The notes beneath the pieces are model-generated. The model had not been told where the DNA came from. It made no database searches and saw only the letters and a program-made list of their open reading frames with translations. Source: Deltaproteobacteria bacterium (GTDB lineage Bacteria; Myxococcota_A; Polyangia; Fen-1088). Taken from it: a stretch of DNA of 64,000 bases. The stretch is from contig JANRKS010000019.1 of NCBI GenBank assembly GCA_033763315.1, positions 352,001-416,000 of the forward strand, read 5' to 3'. Of the stretch, positions 46,126-55,847 are shown in pieces. Position 1 is the stretch's first letter. Each line of letters starts with the position of its first letter. Made by a program: the position numbers and the translations under genes.

Positions 46126-47274
46126 ATGAAGACCATCACCGAGTTCCCCGGCATCATCCTTCGCCTTGCGGCTGACGCGCAGCAAGCCTTCCGTCGGCAA
46201 AACCAGGCGCCCGCGCCTGCGGTTGCCGAAGCCGCTGCGGAGCCCGTGGCCGAGCCAGACGCCGCTGCCGCCAGCGACGAGGCGCCGGCAGCCAGCGAGG
46301 CCGCCCCCGCCGAAGCCACGGGCGAGGCCGCGCAAGAGGCGTTGGTCGAAGCTGGTGCGGCAGAAGAATCCACCAGCCAGCCGGCCGATGAAAACGCTGA
46401 GGCGCCTGCCGCCCCGGCTGCTGCTGTGTCATTGGGCGAAGGCCCCGAGGCAGAGGCCGTGGGTGTGGCGGTGGGCATCACTGGCGACCGGTTGACCCGC
46501 TTGATGGAGGCATTGTCTGTGGCCGGCGGTCGCGTGCGCAACGTCCGCCTCGTACGAGTGCTTCAAGGCGAGAAGGCCCCATCCGGTGCCGAACAACGCG
46601 GCGACTTTTTCTACGTCCTCGACCTTATGCCCCGCACGATGTCGCAAGCGGCTCCGGCTGAGCGTGGCCGGGACGGCAAGGGGCGTGACGGGCGTCGCGG
46701 TGGCGGTGGCCGCGAGGGCGGCGGTCGTGGTCCGGGTGGCCCTGGCGGCGATCGTGGTCGTGGTCCGGGTGGCCCTGGCGGCGATCGTCGCGACGGTCGT
46801 CCACCGATGGGCGCACAGGGCGCGCCTGGTGCAGCCCCGGGCGGTGCGCCAGGTGAGCCACGGCGTGATGGCTTCCGGGGTCGACCCGGCGGCGGTGCGG
46901 GTGGAGATCGTCCACCAGGCGGGCGTCCTGGATTTGGTGGTGGTCCGGGTGGTGGCGGTCCGGGGGGCGGTCGGCCTCCAGGTGGGCGTCCTCCAGGTGG
47001 TGGCCGGCCTCCGTTTGAGGGCCGTGGGGCGGGCGCTGCTGGTCCTGCGGGGCCCGGTGGCGGCGCGCCCGGTGGGGACCGCGGCGGGCGTCCGTTTGGC
47101 GGTGGCGATCGTCGTCCCCGCGGTCCGCGTCCCGGCGGGCCCACGCCTCCTGTGTACGCTGCGCCTCGGCGCGGTGGCTGGGACGAGCCTGTGGTGACAC
47201 CTGCGGCGGCACCTGCCGCTCCGGTGGAGGCCCCTGCCGCAGCTCCTGCCGAAAAACCCGCAGACCAAAGCTAG
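46126..47274 (+). CDS. Mostly disordered protein: acidic Ala/Glu/Pro region, small core domain, Arg/Gly/Pro-rich tail
   Basis: Fills the gap between dinB and the matrixin gene; ordered-looking N-terminus and core separated by low-complexity blocks. Confidence 0.75.
   Translation: MKTITEFPGIILRLAADAQQAFRRQNQAPAPAVAEAAAEPVAEPDAAAASDEAPAASEAAPAEATGEAAQEALVEAGAAEESTSQPADENAEAPAAPAAAVSLGEGPEAEAVGVAVGITGDRLTRLMEALSVAGGRVRNVRLVRVLQGEKAPSGAEQRGDFFYVLDLMPRTMSQAAPAERGRDGKGRDGRRGGGGREGGGRGPGGPGGDRGRGPGGPGGDRRDGRPPMGAQGAPGAAPGGAPGEPRRDGFRGRPGGGAGGDRPPGGRPGFGGGPGGGGPGGGRPPGGRPPGGGRPPFEGRGAGAAGPAGPGGGAPGGDRGGRPFGGGDRRPRGPRPGGPTPPVYAAPRRGGWDEPVVTPAAAPAAPVEAPAAAPAEKPADQS
46723..46788 (+). repeat. Perfect 33-bp tandem duplication (GRGPGGPGGDR x2)
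   Basis: GGTCGTGGTCCGGGTGGCCCTGGCGGCGATCGT repeated twice. Confidence 0.9.
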
Positions 47275-48251
47275 CGCGCAGGCAGCGCAGACGAGCGCGA
47301 AGCTTTCGACAAACCGTCGGGGCTTCGCGTTTCGCTTTTCGAAGGCGCCATCGTCGGCCAGTCCACTTCCGTGGCTTTGGGCCGTTCCTCTGTCGGGCGG
47401 ACCGCCGTGCTGCGTTTGCGTGGCCGCTCTACTGCCGGTGCAACCGAAGGCTTTGGCGGGGGCGGCGCGGCGTGCCCGGGGGGCAGCGGCACAACGGTGG
47501 GCACGAACCGGACGGGGTGCGCGTTCGATAGCTCGGGCCACGGCAACTCGAAGCCAAGCATGCCGTTTTGTCCCGTCAGAAACACAGGTTTTGCGCCATG
47601 GCTTGCGTCAGGAGCGGCCGGCGTGTTGGCGGCTGCCGCAACAGGGGGCGGATAAAGCAGCGCGAGGCCTCTGCGGTCGTCCGCGTTCGGCCGCCGGTTG
47701 TGGATCGTACCGGTACACGAATGCATGACGGCTTCGGGATCATCCGTGTGATTCAAGCCCAGCGCGTGGCCCAATTCGTGGGTGAGGACGGCCTGCAGAT
47801 CATAGTGCTCGGGCGCCACATCTTCTGGCCCCACAAAGCGAAAGTCGCACTCATTGATTTCAATTGTGGCGGCAGTAACCAAACCGGACGCCTTTGCAGC
47901 CTCAAACTGGGTTTGGCCAAGCAGCTTGGCTTTCCCTTTCCAAGTGCCGGCACAAAAGCGCACCACCACCATGGCTGCGTTGCCGTCTTTGCCGCGTGCG
48001 AATTTGGTTTGCAGTTCGGGGGCCGCATTCCACGCGGCAAGCGCTTCATCGAGGGCGAGCCCAACCGCGGTGGCGGGCACGTTACGGCTCGACCGCTGGG
48101 CGTCCAACCCCACGGTGATGATGGCCGCGTCCCAATGCACCACTTTGCCTTCATCTGTCTTCATCGCCGTGGCTGCAAAAGCCGGCCCCCCAGCCAAAAG
48201 ACTGGGTAGGGCAACCGCGGCAAAAAGGGGGCGCACCACCAGTTGTGACAT
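47271..48251 (-). CDS. Secreted matrixin-family (M10) metalloprotease with Pro-rich tail
   Basis: Signal peptide; THELGHALGLNH; Met-turn AVMH; DDRRGL. Confidence 0.88.
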   Translation of the reverse strand: MSQLVVRPLFAAVALPSLLAGGPAFAATAMKTDEGKVVHWDAAIITVGLDAQRSSRNVPATAVGLALDEALAAWNAAPELQTKFARGKDGNAAMVVVRFCAGTWKGKAKLLGQTQFEAAKASGLVTAATIEINECDFRFVGPEDVAPEHYDLQAVLTHELGHALGLNHTDDPEAVMHSCTGTIHNRRPNADDRRGLALLYPPPVAAAANTPAAPDASHGAKPVFLTGQNGMLGFELPWPELSNAHPVRFVPTVVPLPPGHAAPPPPKPSVAPAVERPRKRSTAVRPTEERPKATEVDWPTMAPSKSETRSPDGLSKASRSSALPAR

Positions 48252-48351
48252 CGGCTTCTTCGCCGTCCGGCTCAAACAAGAAAATGCCGAACGTTTCCCA
48301 TCTCCATGGCAACCTGCGGCACCCACAAGCGCACCCCGAAACAAAAAAACC

Positions 48352-50337
48352 ATGCCCACGCTTCCCGTGAACGTTCACCGCCCCATCATCATCGCCGCTT
48401 TGGCGCTTACCGCTCCGGCCACGGCCGCGCCCATGGCCCCCGCTGCGTCAGCCGCACCCCCGAACGGGGTGTGGCTCGAGGATTTGGACTATACGCATCA
48501 CACCGACAAGATGCGGCCCCGCGCGTCCGCCAAGGGCACCCCACTTACGATCGGCGGCAAAGTGTTTTCGCATGGCTTGGGGGGCACGGGGCGGGGCCAG
48601 CTGTTGGTGCGCTTGGGTGGCCGGGCGTTGCGCTTCGTTGCCACCGTGGGCATTGACGACGTTGAAAAGTCTAATGGGTCGAAAGACTTTCAAGTGTGGC
48701 TGGACGATAAGATGGTCGCTTCCTCCGGTGTCCTGCGCAAAGGCCAAAGCGCGAGGCTCGACGTCGATTTGAAGGGGGCTGATCGCCTCGAACTGATCGT
48801 GGCGCACGGGGGGGTTGAATCCGATTGGGATCGTTTCGTGATCGGGGACGCCCAGATCGTATTGCAACCCTGGGCGGCCGCCGATCGCGGGGCTTGGCCG
48901 CAACCGTACGCGCTTGTGCCCGAGCCCACCTTGCCGTTGGCCAGCCGGCATCGGTCGGAACCTGCGATCAACGGACCTCGCCTTGTGGGCGCTACGCCCG
49001 GGCATCCGTTTTTGCACCGCCTCGCCGTCACAGGGCAGGCGCCCCTGCAAGTCACGGTCACCGGGCTTCCGCGTGGGCTCACCTTCGATGCCAAGACGCG
49101 CACCCTGCGCGGCACCTTGCCGGCGGTTGGCACCTCGACTGTGCAAGTGCTGGCGAAAAACAAGCTTGGCAAAGCGCAAGCGGTGCTGACGATCGTGGGC
49201 AGCTATGCCAGCAGCGCCAAGGCGCTCACGCCGTTGATGGGGTGGAACTCATGGAACGTGTGGGGCAAAGAGATCAGCGCCAAGAAGATTCGTGACGCTG
49301 CCGATGCACTTGTGGCCTTGGGGCTGGCCGATCATGGCTTTACCTACTTGAACATTGACGACGGGTGGGAGGGCAAACGTGATGAGTGTGGGCGGCTGCA
49401 GCCCAGCCCAGCGTTTGGAGATGTGGCGGGGCTTGCCTCGGAGCTTCATTCACGAGGGTTGAAGCTGGGGATCTATTCTTCGCCCGGTCCACAAACGTGC
49501 GCCGAGTTCGAGGGCAGTTATGGGCATGAACAACAGGACGCACAAACGTTCGCGGCGTGGGGCGTCGATCTACTCAAGTACGATTGGTGCTCGTTCGATA
49601 AAATCGCGCCTGATCTAAGCCCGAAAGAGCAGCGCCGCCCCTACGCCGTGATGCAAGCCGCGCTCGAAAAAGCACCACGCGACATTGTTTACAGCGTGTG
49701 CAGCTACGGTCGAGGCGAAGTGTGGACGTGGGCCGCCGGCGTGGGCGCCAGCCAATGGCGCACCACCAGTGACATTTCAGATTCGTGGACGAGCCTTGAG
49801 GGGATTGCGTTTGCCCAAAGCGACAAAGCACCGTTTGCCAAACCCGGCCACGTCAATGATCCCGACATGCTGGTCGTGGGCAAAGTGGGGTGGGGGCACC
49901 CACGCCCCACAAACCTCAGCGGGAACGAGCAGATCCTCCACGTCACGCATTGGGCGATGGTGGCGGCGCCCCTGCTTCTGGGTTGCAACCTCGGCGAGCT
50001 GGACGATTTCACGTTGGACCTCCTGAGCAACGACGAAGTGCTGGCCGTGGATCAAGACGCACTTGTGGTGCCAGCGCAGCGCAAGTATGCGGATGGCCGC
50101 GCCGAGGTGTGGTCGCGACCGCTGCACGATGGTGGCGTGGCGGTGGCGTTATACAACCGCGGTCCCGTGGGGCGTGACGTCGCTTTGCGTTTTTCGGAGG
50201 TTGGACTTTCCGGCAAGCAGCAACTTCGCGATCTGTGGCAGCGCAAAGATTTGGGCGCGTTCAGCGACGTTTACACAACCCACGTGCCCCAACACGGCGC
50301 TGTTATGTTGAAGGTGACGCGGCCGCGTTCTAACTAG
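48352..50337 (+). CDS. Secreted GH27 alpha-galactosidase with NPCBM and Ig-like domains
   Basis: TPLMGWNSWN, NIDDGW, DLLKYDWC, WRTTSDI, NDPDML; N-terminal NPCBM-like FVATVGIDD. Confidence 0.92.
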   Translation: MPTLPVNVHRPIIIAALALTAPATAAPMAPAASAAPPNGVWLEDLDYTHHTDKMRPRASAKGTPLTIGGKVFSHGLGGTGRGQLLVRLGGRALRFVATVGIDDVEKSNGSKDFQVWLDDKMVASSGVLRKGQSARLDVDLKGADRLELIVAHGGVESDWDRFVIGDAQIVLQPWAAADRGAWPQPYALVPEPTLPLASRHRSEPAINGPRLVGATPGHPFLHRLAVTGQAPLQVTVTGLPRGLTFDAKTRTLRGTLPAVGTSTVQVLAKNKLGKAQAVLTIVGSYASSAKALTPLMGWNSWNVWGKEISAKKIRDAADALVALGLADHGFTYLNIDDGWEGKRDECGRLQPSPAFGDVAGLASELHSRGLKLGIYSSPGPQTCAEFEGSYGHEQQDAQTFAAWGVDLLKYDWCSFDKIAPDLSPKEQRRPYAVMQAALEKAPRDIVYSVCSYGRGEVWTWAAGVGASQWRTTSDISDSWTSLEGIAFAQSDKAPFAKPGHVNDPDMLVVGKVGWGHPRPTNLSGNEQILHVTHWAMVAAPLLLGCNLGELDDFTLDLLSNDEVLAVDQDALVVPAQRKYADGRAEVWSRPLHDGGVAVALYNRGPVGRDVALRFSEVGLSGKQQLRDLWQRKDLGAFSDVYTTHVPQHGAVMLKVTRPRSN

Positions 50338-51259
50338 GTTTGCCCGCGGGCGTTCCCATCGAGGCGCGCAAAGCTTCCAGATTCTCTGATGAGAAGTGAT
50401 AGGTGGTGCGACAGAATTCGCACACCACCTCAGCCACCCCTGGCTCCGTGAGGATCGCCGTGATCTCGCGTTCGCCCAACAAGGCGATGGTGGCTTCGGC
50501 GCGCTCGCGGCTGCACTGGCAACTAAACTGAACCGGCCTCGTTTCCAGCACGCGCAAGTCGCCGCTTAATTCACCCAAGGCTTTGCGTGCCAGATCCTCC
50601 GGCCCCAAACCCGATGAAGCCATCAACGCCGCGAAGAAGCCGCCTTGGTGCAAACGCTTTCGCTCTTGCGCCAATGTGTCTTGGTGTTCTCCCCCCGGCA
50701 TGGCCTGCAGCAACACGCCGCCCGCCCATAAAATCTGCCCTTTTTCGTCCAAGGCCGCGTCCGCCACCAGGACGCTGTCGATCTGCTCGCTCGTCACCAA
50801 GTAGCGTTCAATGTCCTCATCGATTTCACCTGAGGAAAACGCCGTGCGGCCCGTGAAGTGCTCCTTCAAACCAAGATCGCGCGCCACGGAAATGATGCCT
50901 TTGGCGCCCGTGATCGATGCCAGGTTCACCCGCGTTTTGGCAGGCACGTCCATTTCGATGCCACGTTTCTTAGGGTACGCGCGCACGTCACCACCGGATG
51001 TGGCATCCACCATCACCGTGCCAAGTTCGCCTTCGCCCGCGATGTGCAAAGACACTTTCTCGTCGCCTTTGGTCAGTGTGGCCAACAACAGTCCCGCGGT
51101 GGTGGCACGTGACAACGCCACGGCCATCGCGCCCGTGGTTTCGTGGCGGCGGCAGATTTCGCTGCACAGATCAGTGCTGGTGACGGCAACGAGACGCATC
51201 GAATCGCCCGCAAGCAGGCAACGAATGATCAAATCATCACTGGAAGCGGCGGCACTCAT
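50330..51259 (-). CDS. hslO: Redox-regulated chaperone Hsp33
   Basis: SGEIDEDI...YLVTSEQIDS, GGVLLQAMP, zinc motif CQC...CEFC. Confidence 0.93.
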   Translation of the reverse strand: MSAAASSDDLIIRCLLAGDSMRLVAVTSTDLCSEICRRHETTGAMAVALSRATTAGLLLATLTKGDEKVSLHIAGEGELGTVMVDATSGGDVRAYPKKRGIEMDVPAKTRVNLASITGAKGIISVARDLGLKEHFTGRTAFSSGEIDEDIERYLVTSEQIDSVLVADAALDEKGQILWAGGVLLQAMPGGEHQDTLAQERKRLHQGGFFAALMASSGLGPEDLARKALGELSGDLRVLETRPVQFSCQCSRERAEATIALLGEREITAILTEPGVAEVVCEFCRTTYHFSSENLEALRASMGTPAGKPS

Positions 51260-53238
51260 GTTGGGGACACGTCTTTCATCTGGGAGGGCTGTCGATCAAG
51301 AATCTCACGAACTTTTCGCGCGAGCCCCGATGCGTTTAAAGGTTTCTCGATAAAATCAGAACCAGGGCGCAGCACACCTTGCTTCACGATCGCTTCTTCT
51401 GCATAGCCCGACATGAACAGAACCGCCATATCTGGCCAGGCGGGGGCCAGACGTTCCGCAAGCTCTTGGCCCGACAAACGTGGCATCACCACGTCGGTCA
51501 ACAACAAATGCATGCGGCCTTTGTGTTGTTCGGCCACCAACAGCGCCTCAGCGCCATTGCTTGCATCCAGCACCTTGTAGCCCAGTTGGCGTAGGACACG
51601 CCCCACAAATGAACGGACCGCGGGTTCGTCCTCAACCAGCAAGATCGTTTCGGTGCCGCGCCTTTGTTCGCTGGGCTCGGGCAAGGCGCTGGATGTGTTG
51701 GTGGCGCGTTCGGGCGATGTGGGGAACAGAATGTCGAACGTCGTTCCCTCGCCAGGGGCGCTGCGCACTTCGATGTGCCCGCCGCTTTGTTTCACGATGC
51801 CGAACACAGTTGCAAGGCCAAGGCCGGTCCCTTGCCCCGTGACCTTTGTTGAGAAGAATGGCTCGAAAATGCGCTCTTGCAGTTCGCGGGTCATGCCCGT
51901 GCCCGAATCGCTGACCGATACCCCCACGTATTCACCTGGCCGCAAGTCCAGCCCCGCGGCGGGGCCCTCTGATGTGGACACGAGCGTACGGCGCGCGTGA
52001 ATGTGCAGCTGCCCTCCGCGCGGCATAGCGTCGCGCGCGTTGACCACCAGGTTCATCATCACTTGCTCAAATTGCGCGGGATCCACGCGTGCGGTGGGCG
52101 TGTCTTCGTCGATGTCGATGCGCAACTCAATGTCTTCACCGATCACCCGTTGCAGCATCTGCTGCATATCACGCAATGCCACAAACACGCTGAAGGGTTG
52201 CGGCTGCAGAACTTGCCGGCGGCCAAACGCCAACAGCTGCCGTGTGAGCGCCGCCGCCCGTTGCACGGCGCTGGTGATCTCGGCGACGTCGCTTTGGATC
52301 GGGCTGTGGCGCGGGATCTCACCCGCGATGATGGTGGCGAACCCGGAGATCGCAGAAAGAATATTGTTGAAGTCATGGGCGATGCCGCCGGCCAAGAGAC
52401 CCACGGCTTCCATTTTCTGCGCCTGCCGCACCTGCTCTTCAAGCGCATAACGCTGGCTGACGTCGCGGTAAATCGTGACGATCGAGCGCAATCCAGGCGT
52501 GGCCAAATGGTTCACGCGCGTGGTCTCGAGATAGCGGTCTTCGCCGGTGGCATGCAAATAGCGAAATTCCGCGCGGACGCCATTGCCGGGGTTGTCCAGG
52601 CAGCGTTGCCACAGCACGGCCAAACGATCGCGTTCGTCTGGGTGCACCAGCTCGAACACATGACGCCCGGTCATCTCGTGTGGCTCATATCCAAACACGC
52701 GCACCGTGGCCGGGCTCAGATAGGCGATTGTGCCGCGGGAACTCGCCAGCTCAATGCAGTCTTCGCTCGATTCGACGAGCGCACGAAATCGTTGTTCACT
52801 TTCGCGCAGCTGTTCCTCTGCCTCGCGTTGGTCGGTGACGTCATGCTGGTTCATCACCACCGCGTGCACGTTGGGATCGCTGAGCAGGTTTGTGCCTGTG
52901 CTTTGATGCCAACGCCAGGCGCCGCCACGATGGCGAATGCGAAACTGCAGCGCCTTCGGCACGCCGGGGTTCGCGAACAAGAACGCAAAGTGAGCGCGCA
53001 AAGCCGGCAGATCGGCGTCGTGCACGAATTCGGTCAACGAGCGCCCATAGAGCTCATCCGCTTGATAACCAAGGATGTGTTCCAACGAAGGCGCCACATA
53101 ACGAATCATGCCTTGCCCGTCGAACAACGTAATGAGGTCGGAGCCGTGCATGACCAGCGCACGCAGCCACGGCGCCTGCAGAAACGGACTGGCCTCTTCG
53201 CCAGCCACCTTACCCAAAGATTCCATCCCGTCGCGCAT
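51256..53238 (-). CDS. Cytoplasmic PAS-PAS hybrid histidine kinase-receiver (CckA-like architecture)
   Basis: Two PAS/PAC units, AGGIAHDFNN, NARDAM, GTGLGL, receiver TDVVMP. Confidence 0.93.
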   Translation of the reverse strand: MRDGMESLGKVAGEEASPFLQAPWLRALVMHGSDLITLFDGQGMIRYVAPSLEHILGYQADELYGRSLTEFVHDADLPALRAHFAFLFANPGVPKALQFRIRHRGGAWRWHQSTGTNLLSDPNVHAVVMNQHDVTDQREAEEQLRESEQRFRALVESSEDCIELASSRGTIAYLSPATVRVFGYEPHEMTGRHVFELVHPDERDRLAVLWQRCLDNPGNGVRAEFRYLHATGEDRYLETTRVNHLATPGLRSIVTIYRDVSQRYALEEQVRQAQKMEAVGLLAGGIAHDFNNILSAISGFATIIAGEIPRHSPIQSDVAEITSAVQRAAALTRQLLAFGRRQVLQPQPFSVFVALRDMQQMLQRVIGEDIELRIDIDEDTPTARVDPAQFEQVMMNLVVNARDAMPRGGQLHIHARRTLVSTSEGPAAGLDLRPGEYVGVSVSDSGTGMTRELQERIFEPFFSTKVTGQGTGLGLATVFGIVKQSGGHIEVRSAPGEGTTFDILFPTSPERATNTSSALPEPSEQRRGTETILLVEDEPAVRSFVGRVLRQLGYKVLDASNGAEALLVAEQHKGRMHLLLTDVVMPRLSGQELAERLAPAWPDMAVLFMSGYAEEAIVKQGVLRPGSDFIEKPLNASGLARKVREILDRQPSQMKDVSPT

Positions 53239-53273
53239 GCTACCAGCCGGCGGCCGAAGTGCCCACGGCCGTA

Positions 53274-55745
53274 TTATGGCGATTTCGTTCGCGCTTCACA
53301 TTGTGCTTTCGACTGGCGGGCGGCATTTGCAACCCAAGCGTCGTTGCTGGCAAGTTGCGCGTCGATGGCGGCCAGCGCTGCAGGGCCACACAACTTACCC
53401 AACGCGGCCATGCCGCTGCGTCGAAGGCGTGGTCGCGGTTGGTTCACCAGTTCAAGCGCAGCGATTGTGGCTTGCGACGAATCCAACGGAACCAGCGTCT
53501 CCAAGGTTGCCGCGGCCACGTCATCAAGTGACGGATCGGTGGCCGCCGCGGAGGTTGCCTGGCGCAGGACCCGCACAAGTGTGTTGGCGTCCTCTTTTTC
53601 GCCCACCGCCATCAGCACTTTCGCAGCGGCCTCACGCAGAGGCACGGGTGCCACTTGCCGCTTGAGTGCATTCAAAGCTTCGGGGCGGGCCTGCCCAAAC
53701 TTACAAGCGGCCAAACCCTCAAGCGCCGCAATCTTGCCGTCAAGTGATACATCGTCTTGTGCGAGGGCGGCCATCAAGATCTGTGGCGCAACACAGGCCG
53801 CGGCGATTGCTTCAACGAGCGCCGCTTTGGCAAACGGCCAACGCTCGCTCGCATAAGCATCGGACAGGGTGGATGCAAAACGGTTGGCGCCAGGGGCCCG
53901 TGCAAAGCCGCGCGCCACGGTTTGCCGAACGCGTGGGTCACGATCGCGCAGCCCTTGCTCGAGTGCCGTTTGCAACGTTGGGGTCCACTTAACGTGTTGT
54001 TTGGCCACCAGCGCTTCGAACGCCAAATTGCGAATCACGGGATCATCATCGCCCATCGCAATGCGAATGAGTCGTGCTTGAAAGGTCCGGCTGGGCCCCA
54101 ACGCCTGCACACAGCGCGCACGCAAGCCAAAGGGGGTGAGCGCGTCCTCGGCGCACGAAGCGGCTTGGTTAAGCCACGCGGGTTCTTGCTGTTGCCATCT
54201 CAGTTGTGTGCCCAACCACAGAAGCTCCGCATGGTGCTGCGGTTGTTGTGACCACTGCACGCGGCTCGCCGGAAGAAGGCGATCGATCGCGGCCATGGTA
54301 AAGACGCGGCTTTGCAGCAACACCCTCCGCACCAGCGCATTGGTGTCGCCCTCGGTCGTGCCCACCTGATCGAGCAACAGCTGCAGCGTCTCCTCGTGGC
54401 TGGCCAAGAGCCGCGCCGCCGTCTCCCGTGTGCCGGCCGTCTGCGTGGCATCTTGCACGATTTGCGCGAGTGCTTTGGACATCGTGGGCCCGCCGCGTCC
54501 CACCCAAAAGGCCAACGATTGCGGCTTGAGCACGGATGGGGGGGCGCTTAAAACCGCGGGTAAACTCGGCAGCAGCCATGTTTGCAGGGGTGGCACCGCC
54601 GCCGGCGGCAGCTTTGCCAGGGCTTCCCACGCGCACGCCTGTCCCGCCTGTGATGCCGACGCCAATTGGTTCGCCAACCGGGTCGCCACGGCGGCCGGCT
54701 CGACGTTCGCCAACGACGGCAACACGGCGCCACAGCCCACACCCGACAAAATGCGGCTCGCGACATGATCCACCGCGCTTGTGCCATCGAGTGTGGTGAC
54801 AAACTGCACCTCGGCGAGAGCCAGCGGCTCTGCTGCAGGGCCAGCGTTAACGTCGATCGTCACACACGACGTTGTGATGGGCTCCGGCAGCACAACCCAG
54901 ATGGTGGCACCTGCGTCTGATGGCACGGAGACATTCAAACGTGTGGCGTCCGACGCCGTGACCTGCAGCGTTTGCGGCCACACCGTGCCGTCGGCCTTCG
55001 TGAGCGCCACGCCTGTGACCGCCAGTTCAGAGGCGGCGCGGGCGGTGGCGAAAGCGAAGCCGCCGCCCTTGTTCCACGCGCGCCAAGCGGTGGCCACGTT
55101 GCCATCATCCAAAACACCAGCCGAGGGCAGGGCACGCGCTGTCTGGGCGGCCGCAGACGACGCCGCGGTAAACGCGAAGGCATGTTGGCGCACGGGCGGC
55201 CATGGCTGCCCTGCGAGCATGGGCTCAACGGCGGAGGCCGCGACCGATGTGGCCCCCGATCCAAGCCACGGCGGTGCGAGCCTTGGCACAAAGGCCCGCT
55301 TGTTTATATCGAAGTCTTCAATGCGCCAAACGGGTGCCTCCACGTCGCAGCGTCGCAGCCACGAGGCTGTGAACGACCGAACAAGGCCTGCTTTTGCAAC
55401 GGTCACGCGCGCGTTGGCCTCGCCATCGGCGTCCAGGGGACCGTCGTCGCCTTCCCAGGCCAGGCGCAGACTTCCTGATGGATCCTGCACGAAAGCCCAC
55501 AGCTTGCTTCCGCCTGTGACTTGGGGCCAGCGCACCAGCGCCCAGCGCGGCGTGGCGTCGTCGGCTGTTTCCACGCGCACACGGGCGGCGTCGCCTTTGC
55601 CTCGCAATACCGGTGACTTGCCCGCGCCCCACGTCAACACAACGCCGCCGGGCGCCGGCAAAATGCGCGCAACCGGCGGGGCAGAAGCATCAATGGGGGC
55701 CGCGGTCGCCAGCCACGAAAACGCAAACAAACAAGGGAACACCAC
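53274..55745 (-). CDS. Probably secreted protein with discoidin-like domain and HEAT repeats
   Basis: Signal-like N-terminus; LDDGNVATAW; D-x-DP-x-(V/I)R HEAT units; start uncertain. Confidence 0.7.
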   Translation of the reverse strand: MVFPCLFAFSWLATAAPIDASAPPVARILPAPGGVVLTWGAGKSPVLRGKGDAARVRVETADDATPRWALVRWPQVTGGSKLWAFVQDPSGSLRLAWEGDDGPLDADGEANARVTVAKAGLVRSFTASWLRRCDVEAPVWRIEDFDINKRAFVPRLAPPWLGSGATSVAASAVEPMLAGQPWPPVRQHAFAFTAASSAAAQTARALPSAGVLDDGNVATAWRAWNKGGGFAFATARAASELAVTGVALTKADGTVWPQTLQVTASDATRLNVSVPSDAGATIWVVLPEPITTSCVTIDVNAGPAAEPLALAEVQFVTTLDGTSAVDHVASRILSGVGCGAVLPSLANVEPAAVATRLANQLASASQAGQACAWEALAKLPPAAVPPLQTWLLPSLPAVLSAPPSVLKPQSLAFWVGRGGPTMSKALAQIVQDATQTAGTRETAARLLASHEETLQLLLDQVGTTEGDTNALVRRVLLQSRVFTMAAIDRLLPASRVQWSQQPQHHAELLWLGTQLRWQQQEPAWLNQAASCAEDALTPFGLRARCVQALGPSRTFQARLIRIAMGDDDPVIRNLAFEALVAKQHVKWTPTLQTALEQGLRDRDPRVRQTVARGFARAPGANRFASTLSDAYASERWPFAKAALVEAIAAACVAPQILMAALAQDDVSLDGKIAALEGLAACKFGQARPEALNALKRQVAPVPLREAAAKVLMAVGEKEDANTLVRVLRQATSAAATDPSLDDVAAATLETLVPLDSSQATIAALELVNQPRPRLRRSGMAALGKLCGPAALAAIDAQLASNDAWVANAARQSKAQCEARTKSP

Positions 55746-55847
55746 GCTTTGATAACACACGACGCCAGTCGTTTCCGTTCGCTTTGGCGGACATCCACGC
55801 ACGCTGGTGGTATAGAAGCGCCCCCTATCACCTCCTAGATCGCACGC

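Noticed and set aside
46681-47140. Repetitive GC-rich DNA as a possible CRISPR or non-coding array
   Set aside because: Repeats are in-frame coding low complexity with no repeat-spacer periodicity and no cas genes
51997-53856. 619-aa plus-strand ORF
   Set aside because: Antisense to the clearly recognisable kinase and the HEAT gene
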